Source: a virus. From it: a stretch of 64,000 nt of DNA. The notes under the pieces are model-generated. The model was not told where the DNA came from and did not search any database. It worked only from the letters and a program-made list of their open reading frames with translations. The stretch is from the IMG/VR virus record IMGVR_UViG_3300006045_001056, positions 1,912 through 65,911 of that record. One strand, written 5' to 3'. Numbering within the stretch: the first letter of the stretch is position 1; the number at the start of each line of letters is the position of its first letter. The position numbers were made by a program, and so were the translations under genes. Below are positions 29,407-39,194 of the stretch, piece after piece.

Positions 29407-29949
29407 GTGATTGTCATGCCGAGCGGCGGTAAGCGTCCGGGGGCTGGGAGACCGAGAAAACCCCTCACAGCGCGGATAGAAGAAGGAATCGGCACAGTCA
29501 GCCACAGGAAGCCCAAGGTTCTGGAGTTCCCGGAAAATAATCAAAATTCAAAAATTCAAAATAATCAAAAATCAAAACTGCCGACGTTTCTCGAAATGTC
29601 GAGTAAGGAAGGCAGCGACGATTTGCCATCCGCGATGGCGATATACGAACAGACGCTCGATTGGGTTATAGGCACGGGCTGTGAGAAGTTCGTGCCGGTA
29701 CAGCTTATTGAGGATTTCGCGTTCACACGGCGAAGTTATATCGAATGCGAGTACATGAATAAAAAATTAGGTCGCGTAGTACAGGGCGGCAAAATATCGC
29801 CATATGTTAAATCCGCGCTCGAATATATGAAACAGACAACGGCGTTCTACCGCGAGATATGGTCGATAGTAGCGCAAAATTCAACAACTGATTTCAACGG
29901 GAACGGCAGTAATGCTTTTCTCGAAATGTTAAAAAACAGAGGATTTTAG
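29407..29949 (+). CDS. terS: Terminase small subunit (P27-like)
   Basis: N-terminal GGKRPGAGRPRKP, later ISPYV; GGAGG RBS. Confidence 0.8.
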   Translation: MIVMPSGGKRPGAGRPRKPLTARIEEGIGTVSHRKPKVLEFPENNQNSKIQNNQKSKLPTFLEMSSKEGSDDLPSAMAIYEQTLDWVIGTGCEKFVPVQLIEDFAFTRRSYIECEYMNKKLGRVVQGGKISPYVKSALEYMKQTTAFYREIWSIVAQNSTTDFNGNGSNAFLEMLKNRGF

Positions 29950-29952
29950 AAT

Positions 29953-31194
29953 ATGCAATCAACAGAGAGATTTGAAAAAGTTAATATAGACCGGCTCGTG
30001 CCGTATGTGCGGAATGCCCGGACTCACAGCAAAGAACAAATATTACAGCTTCGCTCATCATTACGGGAATTCGGATTTGTTAATCCGGTCATAGTGGATA
30101 AAGACTATAACATCATTGCGGGTCACGGTCGTATAATAGCGGCGAAAGCAGAGGGACTGACTGAAGTCCCGTGCGTATTCGTGGAGCATCTGACCGAGGC
30201 GCAGAAAAAAGCATATATCCTTGCGGACAATCGGCTCGCCATGAATGCCGGTTGGGACGACGAATTATTGACTCTTGAATTTACAGACCTAAAAGACCTC
30301 GGCTTTGATGTCGAACTGACCGGTTTTGATACAAAAGAAATAGAAAAGTTATTCGCTGCCGGAAACGGCGACGCGCAGGAAGACGAATTTGACGTCGACG
30401 CGGAACTCGATAAACCTATGTTTTCAAAACTTGGAGATATATGGACGCTCGGTCGGCATCGCGTTATATGCGGCGACAGCACAAAAGCTGATATATACGG
30501 TACACTTATGCAAGGTAAGCAGGCAAATCTTATCGTGACCGATCCGCCGTATGGCATAGATTACCAAGGCACGGCGGGAAAAATCAAAAATGACAAATTT
30601 AATACCGACGAAAAGTTTTATGATTTTTTATTCGCTGCGTTTAAAAATATGGAATCCGCTCTTGCCAGCGATGGCGCGGCTTATGTTTTTCATGCTGACA
30701 GCAAAGGGCTAACATTCCGAAAAGCATTTGACGATGCAGGTTTCAAGTTGTCCGGTGCGTGTATATGGGTTAAAAACACATTCACGCTCGGTCGGAGCGA
30801 TTATCAATGGTGTCACGAACCTTGCCTGTATGGTTGGAAAAAGTCGGGTAAACATATATGGTACGGCGACAGAAAGCAGTCCACCATTTGGAACTGCGAC
30901 AAACCGTCGCGTTCAGAGAAACATCCGACCATGAAACCCGTGCCGTTGTTGGCAATACCAATTACAAACTCCACGCAGACAAACGGCATCGTGCTTGAAC
31001 CGTTCGGCGGTTCGGGAAGTACCCTCATTTGTTGCGAGCAGCTTGGGCGTATATGTTATGTTATTGAGTTAGACGAAAAATTTGTGGATGTTATTGTGAA
31101 CAGATATATAGAAACCATCGGAAACGCTGACGGCGTCTTTTTGGAACGCGGCGGCGCAACTATTCCTTATTCGGAGGTGGCAGCCGATGGATAA
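29953..31194 (+). CDS. ParB-like N-terminal domain plus N4/N6 DNA methyltransferase
   Basis: ParB: RNARTHS...IIAGHGR...LADNRL; MTase: TDPPY, HPTMKP, EPFGGSGSTL. Confidence 0.92.
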   Translation: MQSTERFEKVNIDRLVPYVRNARTHSKEQILQLRSSLREFGFVNPVIVDKDYNIIAGHGRIIAAKAEGLTEVPCVFVEHLTEAQKKAYILADNRLAMNAGWDDELLTLEFTDLKDLGFDVELTGFDTKEIEKLFAAGNGDAQEDEFDVDAELDKPMFSKLGDIWTLGRHRVICGDSTKADIYGTLMQGKQANLIVTDPPYGIDYQGTAGKIKNDKFNTDEKFYDFLFAAFKNMESALASDGAAYVFHADSKGLTFRKAFDDAGFKLSGACIWVKNTFTLGRSDYQWCHEPCLYGWKKSGKHIWYGDRKQSTIWNCDKPSRSEKHPTMKPVPLLAIPITNSTQTNGIVLEPFGGSGSTLICCEQLGRICYVIELDEKFVDVIVNRYIETIGNADGVFLERGGATIPYSEVAADG

Positions 31195-33193
31195 AAAATT
31201 AACGCTTGGTTCGCTTTTCGACGGGAGCGGAGGTTTCCCACTCGGCGGGCTGCTCTGCGGTATAGAACCGCTTTGGGCTTCGGAAGTTGAACCGTTCCCG
31301 ATTCGTGTCACGACAAAACGGCTGTCGAACGTAAAACATTACGGCGATATAAATAAAATAGACGGCGCAACAGTCCCGCCCGTGGATATCATCACGGCGG
31401 GTTTTTGCTGTCAGGATTTATCGGTGGCGGGCAATCGCGCCGGACTCCATGGCGAAAGGTCGGGGCTGTTTTTTCAGGTGATACGCATCATAAAAGAAAT
31501 GCGGGTTGCTACAAATAACAAATACCCGACATTCGCCGTTTTGGAAAACGTGCCGGGTATGTATTCGAGTAATAATGGTTTGGATTTTTTGGAGGTACTC
31601 AATGAACTCATCAAAATCAAAAACGAAACCCTGTCAGTATATCTGCCTGAAAATGGCAAATGGTCAACGGCGGGCGAGGTCGTGGGAGACGGTTTCTCAG
31701 TCGGCTGGCGGACGCTTGACGCTCAATTTTGGGGAGTCGCCCAGAGACGCCGCCGTTGTTACATTGTCGTCGATTTTACAGGCGAACGCGCCGGGGAAAT
31801 ACTATTTGACGAGTCGCGCCTGCGAAGGAATCCTCCGCAGAGCGGCTTCGCGCGGCAAGCAACTGCCGGAGATTCTGCGGCTGGCGTTGGAAGCGCAGTC
31901 AATGTGCTGAACGATCAGGGCGGTTCATTCATGGATATATCCGAAGAGGTAACTGGTACGCTGCGGTCGCAGGAACACGGGCATCAGCCGATAGTGTTTG
32001 AACCCGGCATTACCGCCCGTCTCGGACGCAAAGGAAGCATAAATATTTCTTCCACGCTTCGCGCAGATATGGGCGATAATCAGACGGCGGTCGCTATCCC
32101 CATAAACACGCAAGTCGGACTCCGAAACCACAAGGACGGGGACGGCACAGGGCTTGGCGTTGGTGAAGATGGGGATTCAGCTTACACCATTCAAGCCGGG
32201 CATTCCCATGCCGTAGCGATAGAAAACCGTCCGCAGGATAGCCGCGTGAAAATAAATGAGGACGGCGTTGTTCAAACTCTCGACGCCCGAATGGGTATGG
32301 GCGGCGGGAACGTACCGCTCGTAATGAATGAACGGCAATACGCTCTGACGGTCGGCGAGGATGTTGCGAATACCCTCACCGGCACGGATTTCAAAGGAAC
32401 TCAATGCGTGTTCGAGCCGAAAACTCTAAAAATTAGGTGTGGTCAGGGAAAAGGTGGAAAGGGGGCGTTGGTGCAGGATAATATGTCTGCAACGCTGTCT
32501 ACAAGTAACGACCAGACCGTATTTGTTCCGAAAGTTTATGGTATATGTTCAAAAAACAGTAATTCCATGAAATCGGCGAATCCGCATAGCGGGATTTACG
32601 AAGCGGAAACGGCACGAACGCTCGATACAACAATACCCGACCCGAACAAGAACGCGGGCGGCATGGCAGTAGTATCGGTGCAGGGCTCTATGATAGGTCG
32701 AAAGCCGGAAAACGGTCCCCAAGGGAGCGGCATTGGCGATGATGTCAGTTTTACCTTAACCGAAGCTGACAGACACAGCATCGCTTATTCGATGACGTGC
32801 GGAAGTTACACGCAAGTCTGCGAAGAAAAATCTCCGACATTAATGAGCCGGGATTATAAGGATGCGCCTGTTGTCGTATCAAAAAACCAATATATTGTCC
32901 GTAGGCTCACTCCGATTGAATGCGCTCTTTTACAAGGATTCCCACCCGATTGGTGTTCGGGACTTGAAACATCCGAACCGACCGATGAGGATATATCGTT
33001 CTGGTCGGAGATTTGGGAAACGCATCGTAATATAACAGGTACTTCAAATAAACCGAAAAGCCGCAATCAGATAATCAAGTGGCTGAAAAACCCACACAGC
33101 GATTCTGCTGAATACAAAATGTGGGGTAACGGAGTCGCGCTGCCCTGCGTGATTTTTGTCCTTGACGGGATTGTGAAACAAGCGGAATTATAG
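31187..33193 (+). CDS. DNA cytosine-5 methyltransferase with an expanded multi-module variable region
   Basis: SLFDGSGG, GFCCQDLS (motif IV variant), ENVPG, QRRRR, RRLTPIEC, MWGNGV. Confidence 0.92.
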   Translation: MDKKLTLGSLFDGSGGFPLGGLLCGIEPLWASEVEPFPIRVTTKRLSNVKHYGDINKIDGATVPPVDIITAGFCCQDLSVAGNRAGLHGERSGLFFQVIRIIKEMRVATNNKYPTFAVLENVPGMYSSNNGLDFLEVLNELIKIKNETLSVYLPENGKWSTAGEVVGDGFSVGWRTLDAQFWGVAQRRRRCYIVVDFTGERAGEILFDESRLRRNPPQSGFARQATAGDSAAGVGSAVNVLNDQGGSFMDISEEVTGTLRSQEHGHQPIVFEPGITARLGRKGSINISSTLRADMGDNQTAVAIPINTQVGLRNHKDGDGTGLGVGEDGDSAYTIQAGHSHAVAIENRPQDSRVKINEDGVVQTLDARMGMGGGNVPLVMNERQYALTVGEDVANTLTGTDFKGTQCVFEPKTLKIRCGQGKGGKGALVQDNMSATLSTSNDQTVFVPKVYGICSKNSNSMKSANPHSGIYEAETARTLDTTIPDPNKNAGGMAVVSVQGSMIGRKPENGPQGSGIGDDVSFTLTEADRHSIAYSMTCGSYTQVCEEKSPTLMSRDYKDAPVVVSKNQYIVRRLTPIECALLQGFPPDWCSGLETSEPTDEDISFWSEIWETHRNITGTSNKPKSRNQIIKWLKNPHSDSAEYKMWGNGVALPCVIFVLDGIVKQAEL

Positions 33194-33204
33194 AGTATTT
33201 GGTT

Positions 33205-34161
33205 TTATTTTGAATCTATTTTACCAATACATTTAACTTCAATTAAAAATTCATCATCTGATATGTCGCTTTTCGCTAATTCTAAAATCCATTTATTTTC
33301 CGGGAATTCAGCCCATAGGTTCATTTTATCAGAAAATGCACTAATTCCCATACCCCATGGAATATCATGTTCTTGAATGTCGTTTTTTTTATCGTCTAAT
33401 ACATTAATTGAATCAGATATTTCTTGTTTATTTGGAAATGTATCGCCATCTTTTAAAATAGAATGTTCTGTACATTTAAATATACTTTGTTTTTCAAATA
33501 ATAATAACGCGTGACGCCAATTTAACAATTCATATTCGGCGTTATATTCTAAGTCAGGAATAAATAAATATGGATTTTTTGTCAAACAATGTCCATATTC
33601 ATAGTAATTATCGTTTTCTTTTTCTAATAATTCATTGAATATTTTCGTAAATTCTTTCTTTGATTTATCTATATACTCTTTGAAAATTTTTATTAAAGTT
33701 TTAAAGTTTGAGATGAATCTATCAATGGCGATTAAACATGAAAACCCCAATAATATCCCTTCCGCTTCAGATTTAATCAAATCAACATCTTTAATAGCAT
33801 TACTTATAACCAAATACATATATACAGCAAAACAAAAACATTTTACTATATACGGTATCATAAGATAAAATTTATCGCCTTTCATATCATCGTAAAAGAA
33901 TTCTCTGATTATTTTTATTTTTAATAATAATGGGAGTATTAATTCTGGAAATACAATAAGAAGAATTGAGATTTCAAGTATTACATAAAAAATATATTTA
34001 TCTGGATTTGATATTACTTGGGTTTGTAACTTCAATAAAGGAAGTGTCGAAATCATACAATAACACAATACTACAATATAAAAAATTATGTAATTTCGCA
34101 CTCTGACTTTTTTTGTTTTATTAGGCTCTAAATCGTTTTTTTTATTCATATAATTCACCAT
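33205..34161 (-). CDS. Hypothetical membrane protein (about 4 TM plus soluble C-domain), AT-rich moron
   Basis: Four hydrophobic segments in the N-half; opposite strand; own TTGACT-17-TATATT promoter near 34215-34245. Confidence 0.75.
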   Translation of the reverse strand: MVNYMNKKNDLEPNKTKKVRVRNYIIFYIVVLCYCMISTLPLLKLQTQVISNPDKYIFYVILEISILLIVFPELILPLLLKIKIIREFFYDDMKGDKFYLMIPYIVKCFCFAVYMYLVISNAIKDVDLIKSEAEGILLGFSCLIAIDRFISNFKTLIKIFKEYIDKSKKEFTKIFNELLEKENDNYYEYGHCLTKNPYLFIPDLEYNAEYELLNWRHALLLFEKQSIFKCTEHSILKDGDTFPNKQEISDSINVLDDKKNDIQEHDIPWGMGISAFSDKMNLWAEFPENKWILELAKSDISDDEFLIEVKCIGKIDSK

Positions 34162-34455
34162 TTTTTATATATCTGTAAATCAAGTATCATTTATATAATA
34201 CATTCAATATATGCATAAATATAACATAAAAAATATTTTCAGTCAAGATATTTCAAATAATTCAACGAATTAGCCGACTATAAATTATTAATGTTGCCAT
34301 TGTCTAATATATACGGCTCTATACTGTTATTTTCCTTGATATTTGGTACATTTATTATGCGTAAATGCCTTGCTATTATTATGTTTTTATGGCAATATGT
34401 GATTAGCAGAAGGCACAAAGCCTACGCAAAATCAAACAAAAACGGAGGGAAAAAC

Positions 34456-35289
34456 ATGAAAATCAATTACAATGTAACTGGCAGCGAACGCAAATCATTA
34501 GTGGCTGCAATTACCCAAGAATTAAACACCCCAAGTAAATACCTCGGCGCACCGACATTCGCTTACGAAGTCGGCGGTTACCATATCGACAAAAACGGTA
34601 CGCTCACGGGAGAGGAGGACAACCCCGGACTGGTCGCAGACCTTTGCGGGCTACACAGTTTCACAGCAGTCAGCGAAGAATATGATGAACCGACCGAAAC
34701 GACGGAAACCCCTGCTTTTGAGAATTTACATATGACCGAACGTGAGGAATTGGGGCTTGGGCAGGAACGCCGCGACCCCATCGGAGAGAACGGAATGCAG
34801 GCGGGCGATGTTCCCGACCCCGACGCCAATGACAGCAACAAGCTGACGATTGAAATTCCATTGGACGGTTTCAACGATAAATCGATAGAAAATCTCGGAG
34901 AAATCGTAGCCAGTAAAAATCGGCTCATAAAAAAAGCACTCGGCACAAATAGTCTGCGGATTGATACGACCGACGATAAATTGCTATTCCCATGGTTTAC
35001 CTTAACGGGTACAGATGGCGAAGTAGAGGCTTATTCCGCTTTTGTCAGCCTGCTCTGCAAAACGGCGAAAGAGAAAAAGCACATCACGGCAAAAGAAAAA
35101 GATGTCGGGGACAATCCAAAATACGCAATGCGGTGCTTTCTGCTGAGTTTGGGCTTTATCGGCGACGAATACAAAACGGCACGGAAAATCCTGCTTTCCA
35201 ACCTTGAGGGAAATTCAAGCTGGGGCAGTAACGAAGCCTACACCGCAATGCAGGAACAGCGTCGTAAGACGGCAACTGAATCTGAATAA
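34456..35289 (+). CDS. Phage 'virulence-related' hypothetical protein
   Basis: MKINYNVTGSERKSLV...NPKYAMRCFLLSLGFIGDEYK; GGAGG RBS. Confidence 0.75.
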   Translation: MKINYNVTGSERKSLVAAITQELNTPSKYLGAPTFAYEVGGYHIDKNGTLTGEEDNPGLVADLCGLHSFTAVSEEYDEPTETTETPAFENLHMTEREELGLGQERRDPIGENGMQAGDVPDPDANDSNKLTIEIPLDGFNDKSIENLGEIVASKNRLIKKALGTNSLRIDTTDDKLLFPWFTLTGTDGEVEAYSAFVSLLCKTAKEKKHITAKEKDVGDNPKYAMRCFLLSLGFIGDEYKTARKILLSNLEGNSSWGSNEAYTAMQEQRRKTATESE

Positions 35290-35431
35290 TCGGCAATTTA
35301 TGTACACACATAGTTATCAATATATATCGCATAATTGACTTGCTATTCCCGTTTTTTTATGGCAATATGGTACTAACGAAAAAGGGAGAAAACCCCTGTA
35401 AAACCAAGAAAAAACGAGGAGAAAAAGAAAA

Positions 35432-36334
35432 ATGTTCAACAGTAGATTTGGCATAGAAGTAGAGTTCACAGGGATAACGAGGACACAGGCGGCGAGGGTT
35501 GTTGCCGATTACCTTAACGGAACGGTCAGCGCGACACACGATTATTACGATACGCAAAAGGTCGCCGCTCCGGACGGCAGGGTTTGGAAAATCATGTCCG
35601 ACGCAAGCGTCAAATCCCAAAGGAAAGACCACGGCAGGACAATCGACGCAGGCAGCGAATACAAGGTTGAACTGGTCAGCCCGATACTTACCTACCGCGA
35701 TGACATAGACACCCTGCAGGAACTTATCCGCAGGCTGCGGAAAGCGGGCGGTTTCGCCAACAGCAGTTCGGGGATTCACATACACCTCGACGGCGCGAAC
35801 CACACTCCGAAAAGCATCAAAAACTTCATAAACATCATCGCAAGCAAAAACGACCTTTTTTACAAGGCACTCCAAATTGAGCCGGACAGAATGCGGTTTT
35901 GCAAAAAGATGGACAGTTATTTGGTAGAGCGAATGAACCAACGCAGACCGCAAACCCTGTCGCAGATAGAAAACATTTGGTACGAGGGATACAACGGAAG
36001 CCGCAATCAGCATTACCACGACAGCCGATACCATTTTCTGAACCTGCACAGCTTTTTCGGCGGCAACCATACGGTCGAACTTCGAGGCTTCAACAGCGAA
36101 CTCCACGCAGGAAAGATACGGTCGTACATAGTCCTCGCATTGGCGCTCAACCAACAAGCGTTGACACAAAAGAGTGCGTCAGCGCGAAAACCGCAGACCG
36201 ACAATGAAAAATTCGCCATGAGGACGTACCTGAACCGAGTCGGATTCATCGGAGAGGAGTTCAAAAACTGCCGCGAACACCTCTGCAAGCACCTTTCAGG
36301 GTCGGCGGCATGGCGTTACCGGACAACCGTTTAA
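35432..36334 (+). CDS. Amidoligase_2-family (COOH-NH2 ligase) protein
   Basis: FGIEVEF, VELVSP, GIHIH, SRYHFLNL, TVELRGFN. Confidence 0.9.
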   Translation: MFNSRFGIEVEFTGITRTQAARVVADYLNGTVSATHDYYDTQKVAAPDGRVWKIMSDASVKSQRKDHGRTIDAGSEYKVELVSPILTYRDDIDTLQELIRRLRKAGGFANSSSGIHIHLDGANHTPKSIKNFINIIASKNDLFYKALQIEPDRMRFCKKMDSYLVERMNQRRPQTLSQIENIWYEGYNGSRNQHYHDSRYHFLNLHSFFGGNHTVELRGFNSELHAGKIRSYIVLALALNQQALTQKSASARKPQTDNEKFAMRTYLNRVGFIGEEFKNCREHLCKHLSGSAAWRYRTTV

Positions 36335-36372
36335 CGGTAATACAATTATATAACATAAGGAGAAGAAAAATC

Positions 36373-36813
36373 ATGAACGGCGAAAACAAAATTTATGTGG
36401 CATACGGCAGCAACCTCAATTTAGAGCAAATGAAATTCCGCTGCCCATACGCAACGGTAATCGGCGGCGGTACGCTGCCGGATTATCAGCTTTTATTCAG
36501 AGGAGGCGACGGCGGTTCTGTGGCAACCGTAGAGCCGAAAAAAGACGGCAGCGTACCCGTGCTGCTTTGGGAGATAACCCCGCGAGACGAACAATCGCTT
36601 GACCGCTACGAGGGTTATCCGCATCTTTACCGCAAAGAAACGGTCGAGGTTCAATACGGCGAAAAATTAGTCGAAGCTATGGTGTATATCATGAACGGGA
36701 ACAGACCGCTTGGTACGCCAAGCGAATATTATTTGAACGCCATTTTGGAAGGATACGAGTCTGCGGATTTCGACAAGGAAGTATTGGAACAGGCTGTACG
36801 GAATTCAAAATAA
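36373..36813 (+). CDS. Gamma-glutamylcyclotransferase (AIG2-like)
   Basis: YVAYGSNLN...LDRYEGYP...PSEYY. Confidence 0.92.
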   Translation: MNGENKIYVAYGSNLNLEQMKFRCPYATVIGGGTLPDYQLLFRGGDGGSVATVEPKKDGSVPVLLWEITPRDEQSLDRYEGYPHLYRKETVEVQYGEKLVEAMVYIMNGNRPLGTPSEYYLNAILEGYESADFDKEVLEQAVRNSK

Positions 36814-36831
36814 CATTAAAATAACCGTCAT

Positions 36832-36859
36832 AAAAAGGGCTTCGCCGAAGCTCTTTTTT
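36832..36859 (+). terminator. Terminator after GGCT
   Basis: AAAAAGGGCTTC-gcc-GAAGCTCTTTTTT. Confidence 0.8.
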
Positions 36860-36995
36860 CGTTAAAAAATGTACACACATAAGTATCAATATATAGCGTA
36901 TAATTGACTTGCTATACTCCGCAGCCTATGGTAATATGTAATCAGCGGAAGGGAAAAATCCCCGCAAAACCATATGAAAACGGAGGATTCACGAA

Positions 36996-37403
36996 ATGAA
37001 AAGAACAGAGGAAATCAAAAACCAATTAGCGTACATCGAAACCCGCAAAGTCCGCGCCCTTAAACATTACGAGGAGACAATCGCTAAAATAGACCAAGAG
37101 GCGGCAGACCTTCAAGCCGAACTCGAAAACATCAAAATCGCCGAAAAAATCGCCCGCAATACCCCCAAAACGATAGGCGCGTTTACACAGACAAACGAAA
37201 AAATCACAATTACTTTCGGCGGCTGGGACGGTCGGAGCTACAATGGCGAAGGCGTTAACTTGAGGATATGGACAAACAAACATTACCCGGATAAAAGATT
37301 TGTAAAATCCAGTCACTACGGCGGAGTATTCCATGAAGTATTAGACGATAAACACGAAAAAAGCGGTTTAACCGAAGTGACATATTTTGCGGACTGCAAA
37401 TAA
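36996..37403 (+). CDS. Hypothetical protein with its own promoter copy
   Basis: GGAGG RBS; N-terminal coiled coil; no recognised domain. Confidence 0.75.
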   Translation: MKRTEEIKNQLAYIETRKVRALKHYEETIAKIDQEAADLQAELENIKIAEKIARNTPKTIGAFTQTNEKITITFGGWDGRSYNGEGVNLRIWTNKHYPDKRFVKSSHYGGVFHEVLDDKHEKSGLTEVTYFADCK

Positions 37404-37515
37404 TAACCGAATATTACATCGAAAATACCGAGAACTGCCCGAAAGGGTTGTATCTCGTAGATATAGATTTCATAAGACTTTTTATAGGTCTTTTTTTATT
37501 TTATGGGAGTTTCCA

Positions 37516-39126
37516 ATGAGCAGTTATATTTATACTCCGACAAAATTAATGCTGCCGACAAGCCGTTACGATGCGCGGCGAGCCGACTTTGCGGTAAATT
37601 TCATTCAGATGCTCAGACACACCACGGGTGAATGGTATGGGAAACCGTTCCGGCTCATGCCTTGGCAAGAGCAGATTGTGCGCGATATTTTCGGCATAGT
37701 CGGCGGGGACGGTTACCGTCAGTTCCGCACGGCTTATGTAGAAGTCGGCAAAAAAAACGGCAAGTCCGAACTGGCTGCCGCCATCGCCCTATATCTTTTG
37801 TTCGCGGACGGCGAAGCGGGAGCGGAGGTGTACTCCTGCGCCGCCGACATCAATCAGGCGAGCATCGTTTTCAATACCGCCAAGGCAATGGTTGAGCAAT
37901 GCGGGGATTTGGCAAGGCTGTCAAAACTCGTGCCATCTACCAAGCGGATCATATTCCCGCATACAAATAGTTTTTATAGAGTTTTATCTTCCGAAACAAA
38001 ATCAAAACAAGGATTCAATGTGTCGGGACTCATATTTGATGAATTATTCGCGCAGCAAACCCGCGAGTTGTTTGACACCATGACGAAATACACGGGCGAT
38101 GCCAGACGGCAGCCGCTATATTTTTTAATCACAACAGCCGGTCGTGATAGAACGTCCATTTGTTATGAAATACACCAAAAGGCAAAAGCGGTACTGGACG
38201 GCTCGAAAGTTGACTCCTCGTTCTACCCCGCCGTGTTCGGCATCGAAGAAGGCGACGACTGGAACGACGAATCCGTATGGCGGCGGGTGAACCCGTCCAT
38301 CGACGTGACGATACCTTTTGAAACCGTGCAAGCCGCCTATGAACAGGCGAAACAAAATCCTGCCGAAGAGATGCACTTCCGTCAGTTTCGTTTAAACGAA
38401 TGGTGTAATGCTGATGTCCGGTGGATACCTATGGAGAAATGGGACGCTTGCGGCGAGGATTTCGACCCCGATGATTTCAAAGGGCGCGACTGTTACGCCG
38501 GACTGGATTTATCTTCGACGGGCGACCTTACGGCTCTGATGTTAGTGTTCCCCCCGAACGGCGATGATGATAAATACACCGTCCTGCCGTTTTTTTGGCT
38601 GCCAGAAAATGCTGTCGACCTGCGTACACGGCGCGACCATGTGCCGTATGCCGTTTGGCGCAAGACTGGCGTAATCAACACAACCGAGGGCGATGTGGTT
38701 GATTACGATTATATCGTTTCTTTTATAGAGGAACTCGTTGCGGATTTCCGAATCCGCGAAATTGCCTACGACCGCTGGGGCGCGGAGAAGATACGCCGCG
38801 ACCTTGAGGAACTTGGAGCGGAGCGTGGATTTACCGTATTCCCGTTCGGTCAGGGGTTTGCGAGCATGGCTGCCCCGACCCGCGACCTCATGCAGCTTGT
38901 TCAGGAAGGCAAGCTGCGTCACGGCAAACACCCTGTCCTCGACTGGAATATGGGTAACGTAGTCGCCGAGACCGACGCTCATCTTAATGTGAAAATGTCA
39001 AAGAAAAAATCCACGGAGAAAATCGACGGCGCGGTCGCTTTCGTCATGGGACTTGCCCGCGCGATGATGCAGAGCGGCAGTACGACGGTGTCTGTTTATG
39101 ACGAGAGAGGGTTGCTATTTGTATAA
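37516..39126 (+). CDS. terL: Terminase large subunit
   Basis: VGKKNGKS Walker A, LIFDE Walker B, GLDLS, KIDGAVA; start reassigned to ATG 37516. Confidence 0.95.
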   Translation: MSSYIYTPTKLMLPTSRYDARRADFAVNFIQMLRHTTGEWYGKPFRLMPWQEQIVRDIFGIVGGDGYRQFRTAYVEVGKKNGKSELAAAIALYLLFADGEAGAEVYSCAADINQASIVFNTAKAMVEQCGDLARLSKLVPSTKRIIFPHTNSFYRVLSSETKSKQGFNVSGLIFDELFAQQTRELFDTMTKYTGDARRQPLYFLITTAGRDRTSICYEIHQKAKAVLDGSKVDSSFYPAVFGIEEGDDWNDESVWRRVNPSIDVTIPFETVQAAYEQAKQNPAEEMHFRQFRLNEWCNADVRWIPMEKWDACGEDFDPDDFKGRDCYAGLDLSSTGDLTALMLVFPPNGDDDKYTVLPFFWLPENAVDLRTRRDHVPYAVWRKTGVINTTEGDVVDYDYIVSFIEELVADFRIREIAYDRWGAEKIRRDLEELGAERGFTVFPFGQGFASMAAPTRDLMQLVQEGKLRHGKHPVLDWNMGNVVAETDAHLNVKMSKKKSTEKIDGAVAFVMGLARAMMQSGSTTVSVYDERGLLFV

Positions 39127-39194
39127 ATGTTCATAATTTTATGCTATGATTATTACAGCCTAATTAACGATATAAATATATTGGAGGGAAAGAA

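Larger units (their letters stand above)
34370..36938 (+). repeat. Three copies of a promoter/UTR module (near 34370, 35300-35369, 36869-36938)
   Basis: TTGCTA-17-(C/T)AATAT with ATGG just upstream of -10 in all three; copies 2 and 3 share a 47-bp box with 4 mismatches. Confidence 0.85.
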
